DNA from: an uncultured Candidatus Saccharibacteria bacterium
GTDB taxonomy: Bacteria; Patescibacteriota; Minisyncoccia; Phycocordibacterales; EsbW-18
DNA: 40,812 nt
Reading direction: 5' to 3'
Assembly (NCBI GenBank): GCA_964564385.1
Contig: CAZMAP010000002.1
Location: 1 to 40,812 of the forward strand
In this document: positions 33,553 to 40,784 of the stretch, in pieces
How the letters are laid out: each line of letters opens with the position of its first letter
How positions within the stretch are numbered: the stretch's first letter is position 1
Translations under genes and position numbers: made by a program
The notes under the pieces: generated by a model
Seen by the model: only the letters and a program-made list of their open reading frames with translations
What the model was told of the DNA's origin: nothing
Databases searched by the model: none

Positions 33553-35373
33553 ATGTTTCTGTTGATCGCGTTTTTGTCCGCTCTCGTCGGCGCGTTGCCA
33601 CTTTTCCTTCGTGGAAAAGTGGGGGCCGCCATCTGGGCCGCTTGCGGCTATGGTGTCGTGAACACCGTCCTCTTCTACGTGTCGTGTCCGTCTCTGGCCT
33701 ATCCGATTTTCGGCGGGGTCGGCTTCATGACCCTCATCTGGCTTTTCGTTTCAGCCGGAATCGACGGGTCTGGCGACTACGGCTTCGAGCTCACGACGTC
33801 CGCCTGGGCACCCATCGTGCTTCTGGCCGCGTTCATTCTCGTGCTCGCCGGTTCGTGCAGTATGTTCCGATCGGACGACTACTATCGCCTGATCGGGGAC
33901 GTTGAGAAGCGCGAGTGGACGAAGGATGTCCAGCCCAAGGATCCCAGGCACGTCCGTCTGGTCCCTGAGAAGTTGGCCTATTACCTCGCTACCAAGCAGT
34001 TGGGTGAGGCCGGCGGCGCCATCGGTAGCCAGTTCTCGGTCTCCGAGAACAGTCTGACGCTCCAGGAGTTCCACGGCGAACTCTGGTACGTGGCTCCGCT
34101 CGAGTTCAAAGGCTTCAGTGTCTGGACTTCTGCGGATGTCACGCCGGGCTTCGTCATGGTTCACGGCGAGGACCCCAACCGCCCGGCAATCGTGAAGACC
34201 GGACACCAGTTCCGTTTCATGGAGAGCGCGTACTTCGGCGACAACGCTGAGCGCCACCTCTGGAAGGACGGCTACTGGAACAAGGTTCTCTCGGATTGGA
34301 CGTTCGAGATCAACGAGGAGGGCAAACCCTTCTGGGTGGTTACGGTTTCCAAACCGACCATCGGATGGGGAGGCTCTAAAGTTCTCGGCGTCGTGGTCAT
34401 GGATCCGACGAGCGGTGAACACACGTTCTACGCCGTTGGGTCGGTCCCGAAGTGGATCGACCGCGTGTATCCGAGTCACATCGTCTCCAACTACATCAGC
34501 AATTGGGGGCGGTTCGCCTCAGGATGGTGGAACAGTTTTTGGGGCAAGAAGGACATCATGAAGCCCGAGGAGCCGAACATCATCTACGGTGCAGATGGCG
34601 ATCCGTACTGGGTCACCGGCCTGACGTCGACCAACATCAAGGACAACTCCATGGTTGGCCTGATGTACACCAACAGCAGGACCGGTAAGTCGGTCCGGTA
34701 TCACGCTGTCGGCGGCACGGACGAAGCGGTCATCGAGTTGGTCAACAACAAGGTGGCCTACCAGAAGTTGAGCGGCGCTGCGCCGGTTCTGTACAACATC
34801 TACGGAGAGATGACCTCGATCGTGCCTCTCCTCGGTGAGAGTCACACGTTTCAGGGAGTTGCGTTCGTCGATGTGCGGAACATGCGTCTCGTCGTCGGTA
34901 AGGACCAGGAAGACGCCGCCCGTCAGTACCAGGAACTTCTTGCTACGAGCGGTCAGCAGTTGGCTCCCGAGAAGTCGCGCGATTCGGTCGAGAAGGAATT
35001 TCAGATCGACCGAATTTCGGCGGCGAGTGAGAACGGTACGACGGTGTACTATCTCTACGTCGCGAAGGAGCGCCACATCTTCACGGGTACGAGGAAGGTT
35101 TCCTCGGAACTCGTCGTGACGCAGCCCGGCGACCACGTCCGCGTTCGGTATGTGAATTCGGGCGAAGGTGTCATGCCGATTCTGAGTCTCAAGAATCTCG
35201 ACATCCTCATCGAACAGACCGACGTGCAGCGGCAGTTGGCCGAGCGCGTCGAGTCCAGGAAGGATGAGGTGTCGCTTTCCGAAGAGGGGAGGTCGGCACG
35301 CGGAAGGTTGGAGGAGATGACCGACGAAGAAATCGGGAGACTCCTCCAGAAGCTTGACAACGAGAAGAAGTAG
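33553..35373 (+). CDS. Orphan 606-aa membrane protein (N-terminal ~4 TM, large extracytoplasmic domain, C-terminal coiled coil), GC-rich cassette
   Basis: SD GGGAGGAG. The ORF is uninterrupted with protein-like composition. A terminator lies at 35423-35453. No family assigned. Confidence 0.7.
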   Translation: MFLLIAFLSALVGALPLFLRGKVGAAIWAACGYGVVNTVLFYVSCPSLAYPIFGGVGFMTLIWLFVSAGIDGSGDYGFELTTSAWAPIVLLAAFILVLAGSCSMFRSDDYYRLIGDVEKREWTKDVQPKDPRHVRLVPEKLAYYLATKQLGEAGGAIGSQFSVSENSLTLQEFHGELWYVAPLEFKGFSVWTSADVTPGFVMVHGEDPNRPAIVKTGHQFRFMESAYFGDNAERHLWKDGYWNKVLSDWTFEINEEGKPFWVVTVSKPTIGWGGSKVLGVVVMDPTSGEHTFYAVGSVPKWIDRVYPSHIVSNYISNWGRFASGWWNSFWGKKDIMKPEEPNIIYGADGDPYWVTGLTSTNIKDNSMVGLMYTNSRTGKSVRYHAVGGTDEAVIELVNNKVAYQKLSGAAPVLYNIYGEMTSIVPLLGESHTFQGVAFVDVRNMRLVVGKDQEDAARQYQELLATSGQQLAPEKSRDSVEKEFQIDRISAASENGTTVYYLYVAKERHIFTGTRKVSSELVVTQPGDHVRVRYVNSGEGVMPILSLKNLDILIEQTDVQRQLAERVESRKDEVSLSEEGRSARGRLEEMTDEEIGRLLQKLDNEKK

Positions 35374-35489
35374 CGCTGAGGTGTTCATTGTGCCGGTGTG
35401 GCGAATTCGCCACGCCGTCATGGCCGCCAGCCCTAGGCTGGCGGTTTTCTTTTACCCCAATCTCATCTCCACCACGGTACACTGTGCCC

Positions 35490-36341
35490 ATGAAGCATTG
35501 GCTCCGACTTATCGTTCTCTATCTTGTCATCGCAAGTGCAACCGCGCTCGTGTGGATGGCATACGATGCGCCGGACAAAATGCTCACCGTCGCTTTTCTC
35601 GATATCGGACAAGGTGATTCTATTTTTATACAAAGCCCCGCAGGTCGTCAGGTGCTCATTGATGGGGGAGTCGATCGTGATGTCTTGGCTCAGCTCGCAC
35701 GTGTCATGCCGTTCTTCGACCGCTCTATTGATGTAATGATTGCGACGCATCCAGACAAAGACCACATCGGCGGGTTGCCGTATGTGTTCGAACAATACGA
35801 TATCGATATGGTGCTCGACCCTGGCCTCGAAGCCGACACAGAAGGATACGATTTCTATGCTGATATGCGCGATCAAGAAAAAGATGTCATCTATCGCGAA
35901 GCTCGCAGAGGACAGGTGATTGATCTTGGTGGGGGAGCGTACCTTCGTATTCTCTATCCCGATAAAGATATGGATGGGGCAGAGGATACGAATAGTGCAT
36001 CGATTGTCACTCAGCTCATATATGGTGAGACCGAGGTGATGCTCACCGGTGACGCGCCCGATGAGACCGAAAGCTATCTTGTTTCAATCGACAGTCATCT
36101 CAAGAGCGACATCCTCAAAGCGGGACATCACGGTTCGAAGACCTCAACCTCGCAGGAGTTCCTTGATGCCGTTGATCCCGACTACACAATTATTTCAGCA
36201 GGGAAGGATAATTCGTACGGGCATCCGCACAAAGAGGTCATCGACCGACTCGTTGCGGCAAGCACGACGATACTCGAAACATTTGAAGAGGGGACTATTG
36301 TGTTCGAGAGCGATGGAGCGAATCTGAGCTTAAAAGAGTAG
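35490..36341 (+). CDS. ComEC-type MBL-fold metallo-hydrolase (stand-alone, N-terminal TM anchor)
   Basis: FLDIGQGDSIFIQ, ATHPDKDHIGGL, GHHGSKTS and ISAGKDNSYGHPH. The start is taken at the ATG at 35490 (MKHWLRL). Confidence 0.85.
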   Translation: MKHWLRLIVLYLVIASATALVWMAYDAPDKMLTVAFLDIGQGDSIFIQSPAGRQVLIDGGVDRDVLAQLARVMPFFDRSIDVMIATHPDKDHIGGLPYVFEQYDIDMVLDPGLEADTEGYDFYADMRDQEKDVIYREARRGQVIDLGGGAYLRILYPDKDMDGAEDTNSASIVTQLIYGETEVMLTGDAPDETESYLVSIDSHLKSDILKAGHHGSKTSTSQEFLDAVDPDYTIISAGKDNSYGHPHKEVIDRLVAASTTILETFEEGTIVFESDGANLSLKE

Positions 36342-36379
36342 TTTTTAAAGAGAATTTATACCTCGTATGCTATGGGTGG

Positions 36380-36772
36380 ATGATGGAGAAAGATTTTAGC
36401 AACTGGCACAGAAAGAAGTCGTGGATCCAAAAAGACAAGGTCAGACCCTTCTTTCATGAGCAAGAAGTCTGGTTTGCTTTGGTGGGTTCGAATGTGGGGT
36501 TTGAGCAGGATGGAAGAGGAAAAGACTTTCTGCGGCCCGTCATTATCGTTAAAAAGTTTAATGATTCGATAGGTTGGTGTTTGCCTCTTACAAAAAAGAA
36601 GAAATCAGGTGAATACTATTTTGTTGTGACACATGGAGGTGGAGTCATCAGCACAGCTATCCTGTCCCAGCTCCGTCTCATTGATGCAAAACGTCTTCTC
36701 TATCAATCAGGAAATGTGATGGATGCTGATTTTGAACAGATAAAGAAAAGGCTCACTCGATTTCTCGAATGA
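36380..36772 (+). CDS. PemK/MazF-like toxin-fold protein, no adjacent antitoxin ORF
   Basis: EVWFALVGSNVGFEQDGRGKDFLRPVIIVKKFN...CLPLT resembles the PemK-like family (WW.NLG.N.G.EQ.G....RPVL+LKKFN). Confidence 0.5.
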   Translation: MMEKDFSNWHRKKSWIQKDKVRPFFHEQEVWFALVGSNVGFEQDGRGKDFLRPVIIVKKFNDSIGWCLPLTKKKKSGEYYFVVTHGGGVISTAILSQLRLIDAKRLLYQSGNVMDADFEQIKKRLTRFLE

Positions 36773-36881
36773 GCCTGTGAATGTAACCCCTTGCGGGGAG
36801 GGCCGAAGCCATTGTCACAATGTCAGTATAGAAAAGTGAAACGAACTGTCAATTTTGAGCAAAACAGATTTTATCAAGCGC

Positions 36882-37139
36882 TTATTTCTTGATGACGCCT
36901 GCTTTCTTGAGAGTCGCGTAGACGCCGTTCTTGCGGACGGTTTTCATACCGCGGTTGGAGATGGTGACGGTAACGGTCTTGCCGGTCTCAGGAACAAAAA
37001 GACGGCGCTTCTGGAGGTTTGCCTTGCGACGAACCTTGCCGCGCTTTACGCCGGGGTTGAACTGGGTAGCACGAACACGGTTGCTGTAGCGACCGCCCAT
37101 GATTCCGCCTTTTCCTGTTACGACACAGACTTTTGCCAT
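36882..37139 (-). CDS. rpmB: 50S ribosomal protein L28
   Basis: MAKVCVVTGKGGIMGGRYSNRVRAT...RLFVPETGKTVTVTISNRGMKT. Confidence 0.88.
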   Translation of the reverse strand: MAKVCVVTGKGGIMGGRYSNRVRATQFNPGVKRGKVRRKANLQKRRLFVPETGKTVTVTISNRGMKTVRKNGVYATLKKAGVIKK

Positions 37140-37206
37140 ATGTTTTATCGAGATTTGAACTTTAGCATGGATTATATCGAGCATCAAGGAGATAGGTGAT
37201 TACCCG

Positions 37207-37639
37207 AAGCTCCAAATTCCATGGTCACAAAATCCAACTAAATTCCAATGACTGAAACCCAAAACAAAAAGCCGTATGATCTCGGGGAAAGAACGTTTGC
37301 TTTTGCAAAAGAAATCCGCGAGATTTGCAGGGTTACACCAAAAACACCTCTTAATATTGATGATATAAAGCAGCTCGTTAGATCTTCGGGTTCAGTCGGA
37401 GCTAATTACATCGAAGCGAATGAAGCGCTCTCAAAGAAGGATTTTATCCATAGGATTGGGATATGCCGAAAAGAATCGAAAGAGAGCGGGTACTGGATCC
37501 GTCTATTGTTTGGTGATGATCAAAAGGCAAAAGACATGTTTCAGGAGTCAAAAGAGCTCGTAAAGATATTCAATGCTATTATTATGTCTAAGAAATAAAT
37601 TGGTTTTGGAATTTAGTTGGATTTTGGAATCTGGAGCTT
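37207..37639. mobile_element. Four-helix-bundle gene cassette bracketed by ~35-42-nt terminal inverted repeats
   Basis: 37229-37248 is the perfect reverse complement of 37606-37625 (20 nt). 37207-37220 pairs with 37626-37639 with one mismatch. The left arm has an 8-nt bulge. Confidence 0.6.
37248..37598 (+). CDS. Four-helix bundle protein (23S rRNA intervening-sequence protein family)
   Basis: FAFAKEI......LVRSSGSVGANYIEANEA.SKKDFIHRIGICRKESKES.YWIRLL is typical of the family. Confidence 0.8.
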   Translation: MTETQNKKPYDLGERTFAFAKEIREICRVTPKTPLNIDDIKQLVRSSGSVGANYIEANEALSKKDFIHRIGICRKESKESGYWIRLLFGDDQKAKDMFQESKELVKIFNAIIMSKK

Positions 37640-37655
37640 GGATTTTAAAGAAAAA

Positions 37656-38255
37656 ATGGAAACCCTCATCGGCATCATCATTTTGATTCTTTCGATCATC
37701 ATTCATGAGGTCGCTCATGGGTATGTCGCAGAGATGCTCGGGGATCCAACTGCTCGCTATGCCGGGCGGCTCACACTGAACCCGATTCCGCACATCGATC
37801 CTGTGGGTTCGGTTTTGTTGCCAATCATTACGAGCATCTCGGGTGGATTCATCTTCGGATGGGCAAAGCCGGTTCCATACAATCCATACAATCTCCGTCA
37901 CGGTGTTTGGGGTGAAGCGCTTGTTGCACTTGCCGGTCCTGCGTCCAATTTTGTGCTCGTTTTTATCTTTGGTCTGGCAATGCGGCTTGCTTCGGTTCCA
38001 CAGGCGATGTTTGAAGTGTTTGCGACTATTGTTCTGGCCAACATCAGTCTCGCAGTTTTCAATCTTGTACCAATTCCTCCTCTCGATGGTTCCAAGATTC
38101 TCTTCGCGCTTCTCCCATACCGTGCTCAGCAGGTCCGTTTCTTCCTTGAACGCTACGGATTCTTTCTGGTTATTATTTTTGTCATTTTCCTGTCACCGGT
38201 CTTGGGCCCGATTGTGAGGGGGATCTTCAGTTTGGTTACAGGTTTTGCCATATAG
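37656..38255 (+). CDS. Site-2 protease family (peptidase M50) membrane metalloprotease
   Basis: HEVAHG and NLVPIPPLDGSKI, multi-TM. Confidence 0.85.
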   Translation: METLIGIIILILSIIIHEVAHGYVAEMLGDPTARYAGRLTLNPIPHIDPVGSVLLPIITSISGGFIFGWAKPVPYNPYNLRHGVWGEALVALAGPASNFVLVFIFGLAMRLASVPQAMFEVFATIVLANISLAVFNLVPIPPLDGSKILFALLPYRAQQVRFFLERYGFFLVIIFVIFLSPVLGPIVRGIFSLVTGFAI

Positions 38256-38316
38256 GGCGCGCGTGATTTGTTGGTCGAGACGAATGGGTGTATGTTTCTT
38301 TCTGGAAGGAGGTGAT

Positions 38317-38337
38317 ATGGTCAAGCGTCTGGTCTGA
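38317..38337 (+). promoter_or_regulatory. 6-codon mini-ORF (MVKRLV) with perfect anti-SD complement, in the structured 325-nt region upstream of rpsL
   Basis: GGAAGGAGGTGAT at 38304-38316 is immediately followed by ATG GTC AAG CGT CTG GTC TGA. A long hairpin GTGTGTCCGG..CGAGCCGA/TCGGCTG..CCCGGA..CACACA lies downstream. Confidence 0.3.
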
Positions 38338-38581
38338 CCTAGACGACCACACTCGCGCCGATGATCTTGATGTGTGTCCGGCGCGCCGAGCCGAATAAAT
38401 AATCGGCTGTCCCGGATCTACAGTTCACACACGGAGCCCTACAACGGGGCTCAGCCCACCACGGGCATTCAGGCCACCTCTGCGCAGTGCGCATGTGGCC
38501 GTTCTCTATGGGAGTTTCTTGCATCTCAACGACTTTCGTAGTATTCTCCTTCTATCCGCAATCGCGGATTTTTTGAACGCA

Positions 38582-38995
38582 ATGACAACCGTCAATCAAC
38601 TCGTACGTCGCAACCGCAAGCGTACTCCATCAAAAACCAAAACCACGGCTCTCCGTCGCGGTTTTAACACGATCACCAACCGTCCTTCGTCGTACCCATC
38701 GCCGTTCAAGCGTGGTGTCTGTACGCAGGTCAAAACAACCACTCCCAAGAAGCCTAACTCGGCTATCCGCAAGATTGCCCGTGTTCGTCTCACCAACGGT
38801 CTCGAAGTCACGGCCTACATTCCGGGAATGGGTCACAAGCTTCAGGAACACTCGGTGGTTATGCTCCGTGGTGGTCGTGTCAAAGACATCGGTGCTCGTT
38901 ACACGATTGTTCGTGGTCGTCTCGACGCCGAGGGTGTCGAAAAGCGCCGCAAGGGTCGCAGCCACTACGGTACTAAGAAACCGAAGCAGAGTTAA
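38582..38995 (+). CDS. rpsL: 30S ribosomal protein S12 (with an N-terminal-region insertion)
   Basis: [53 protein letters not shown]. Confidence 0.93.
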   Translation: MTTVNQLVRRNRKRTPSKTKTTALRRGFNTITNRPSSYPSPFKRGVCTQVKTTTPKKPNSAIRKIARVRLTNGLEVTAYIPGMGHKLQEHSVVMLRGGRVKDIGARYTIVRGRLDAEGVEKRRKGRSHYGTKKPKQS

Positions 38996-39005
38996 TTAGT
39001 TTATT

Positions 39006-39047
39006 AGTTCTTTGGTTTGTTGGTTTAAACCAATCAACCAAAGAACT
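39006..39047. promoter_or_regulatory. 42-nt near-perfect palindrome in the rpsL-rpsG intercistronic region
   Basis: AGTTCTTTGGTTTGTTGGTTT/AAACCAATCAACCAAAGAACT with 2 mismatches. A third complementary segment AACCAACAAACCAAG (about 39053-39067) abuts the rpsG ATG. Confidence 0.6.
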
Positions 39048-39068
39048 AAACAACCAACAAACCAAGCC

Positions 39069-39560
39069 ATGCGTCGTCCTCTCAAAGAAAAACAGAAACA
39101 CCCAGCGATTAAAGACCGCGCATATGATTCTGCAACGGTCACAAAGCTCATCAATTACGTCATGATTGGCGGCAAGAAGTCGACTGCACAACGTGCCGTC
39201 TACGACGCGCTCGAAGAAATCAAAAAGGCAGGCAACGCAGACCCCGCGGCACTTCTCGAGACAGCAATCCAAAACGTTGCTCCCACCATGGAGGTCCGTT
39301 CACGTCGCGTCGGTGGTGCCAACTATCAGGTTCCGTTTCCAGTTCGTCCTGAACGTCAGCTCGCATTGTCGCTCCGTTGGATTCTTGGTGGCGTCCGCAG
39401 CAAAAAGGGCGCTTCGTTTGGCACACGTCTTGCCAACGAGCTCATGCTTGCAAGCAAGGGAGAAGGGGAGGCAATGAAAAAGCGCGAAGCAGTGCACCGT
39501 ATGGCAGAAGCCAACAAGGCATTCGCTCACTTTGCTTTCAGCCGAACGCAGAAGAAGTAA
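39069..39560 (+). CDS. rpsG: 30S ribosomal protein S7
   Basis: GKKSTAQRAVYDAL, EVRSRRVGGANYQVP and KKREAVHRMAEANKAFAHF. Confidence 0.93.
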   Translation: MRRPLKEKQKHPAIKDRAYDSATVTKLINYVMIGGKKSTAQRAVYDALEEIKKAGNADPAALLETAIQNVAPTMEVRSRRVGGANYQVPFPVRPERQLALSLRWILGGVRSKKGASFGTRLANELMLASKGEGEAMKKREAVHRMAEANKAFAHFAFSRTQKK

Positions 39561-39676
39561 GGCGACAATCGAAACTTTCAATAGCAATGAAAAGCACCCA
39601 AGAGGGTGTTTTTCTGTTATAAAACCAAGATAAAATCTCTGGTTGCGGGGGTCGAACGGGGGAGTATGATTCGGGT

Positions 39677-40021
39677 ATGAAAAAGGAACCGGTAACACTC
39701 GAAAAGGTCGCGACTAACGTCGAAGAAGTTGCCAGCAAGGTCGACTCACTTGCCTCGAAGGTGGATTCCCTTACCTCGACTGTTACAGAACTGGCCGAAG
39801 CAACCTATAACGGTTTTGCTCGTGTTCAAGAAACTCTTGCGACAAAAGCCGACAAGACCGATATTGCACGGCTCGACAAACGTATCGACAAAACAGATGA
39901 GAATATCAGGTATCTCCGCCTAAAAGTCGATGACGTTCACGAAGAGCTTCGCGGATTCACATCTGATGTTCGTGATGAGCTTTCCACGCGGATTACGGTT
40001 CTCGAAAAGAAGCAGGTGTAG
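39677..40021 (+). CDS. Hypothetical coiled-coil protein
   Basis: 114-aa ORF with heptad-like repeats (KVDSLASKVDSLTSTV). No motif recognised. Confidence 0.5.
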   Translation: MKKEPVTLEKVATNVEEVASKVDSLASKVDSLTSTVTELAEATYNGFARVQETLATKADKTDIARLDKRIDKTDENIRYLRLKVDDVHEELRGFTSDVRDELSTRITVLEKKQV

Positions 40022-40028
40022 TCCAAGG

Positions 40029-40051
40029 TTGTCAAAACAGCCTTGCGTGCT
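40029..40051 (+). repeat. 23-nt direct repeat, copy 1 (TTGTCAAAACAGCCTTGCGTGCT)
   Basis: Identical to 40785-40807. Here it is followed by GGTGCG, with no -10 box. Confidence 0.9.
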
Positions 40052-40784
40052 GGTGCGTCGTTGCCCGTGGGGATGTCAAGCTATTGAACCATTACGTGTA
40101 TATTGACATATGAGGTTTTTTATATATATTCTCGAGTAGAAAATAACCCTCCGCATTATGGAGAGAAAGTGAGAGAAGGGGTCATGAAGAAGATTCTCGG
40201 TTGGGCGATTCTGGCGGTCGTCCTGGTGACGGCACTGTACTTCGGGGCACTGGCCGCCGGAGTGCCAGACGACGTTGCGATCACCTGCTTCATCGGTGTA
40301 GTTGTGTTCCTCATCTGCACCGAAACCGTGTTCGTCGATAGCCTTTGGCTCGCCAACATTTTTCGGCAACCCATCGCCTCCGTCTACAAGTCCACTATCA
40401 TCACTAGTTGTATCCTTGTAGCGCTCTTTGCCGGCATCAGCTTCTTTGGCGATACGTCGCTTCAGGAAGCCGTTCTGGCGCTCTACGGCTTCCTTCTCTT
40501 CGGAGGACCTGTCTTTGCGTTCATGACTGCTTCCAACTACAAGGACAGAGTGGGTTTGGTGTTCTTCGCACATCTCGTCGGCATCGGCGGCATCTGTGGT
40601 GTTGTCGAGTTGCGTACCTGGTGGCCCGCGGCCATCGCGGTCGTGATTCTCGGCGTGTGGTGGTTCATCCTCCACGTTGCCGAGAGGATCGAGAAGATCA
40701 CTCCGGCCGCAGTGTGACCAGCCCCATCGTTCCTTCCGAACCCCCGACATGGCTGCACGCCTGTCGGGGGGTTTGCATAACTGA
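40052..40784 (+). mobile_element. 733-bp insertion cassette (promoter, membrane-protein ORF, terminator) bounded by the 23-nt direct repeat
   Basis: Internal promoter TTGACA(40103-40108)-16-TATATT, the ORF 40184..40717, and a terminator at 40741-40774. No recombinase is encoded. Confidence 0.55.
40184..40717 (+). CDS. Orphan multi-TM membrane protein, GC-rich cassette
   Basis: SD GAGAGAAGGGG lies before the ATG at 40184. There are 5-6 hydrophobic helices. No motif recognised. Confidence 0.6.
   Translation: MKKILGWAILAVVLVTALYFGALAAGVPDDVAITCFIGVVVFLICTETVFVDSLWLANIFRQPIASVYKSTIITSCILVALFAGISFFGDTSLQEAVLALYGFLLFGGPVFAFMTASNYKDRVGLVFFAHLVGIGGICGVVELRTWWPAAIAVVILGVWWFILHVAERIEKITPAAV

Noticed and set aside
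34519-35421. 300-aa antisense ORF and several internal ORFs within 33553..35373
   Set aside because: These are high-GC shadow frames. The sense frame is uninterrupted for 606 codons, has an SD and a terminator, and shows a TM plus globular composition.
36855-37199. 114-aa ORF on the + strand opposite rpmB
   Set aside because: It is a shadow of the clearly recognisable L28 gene on the - strand.
38256-38581. SRP RNA, RNase P RNA or tmRNA in the large spacers (also 4082-4355 and 14112-14610)
   Set aside because: I looked for GGAA-tetraloop/AGCAGC (SRP), GAGGAAAGTCC (RNase P), and a tRNA-like 3' end with a tag ORF (tmRNA). None were found, so the class was left unknown.
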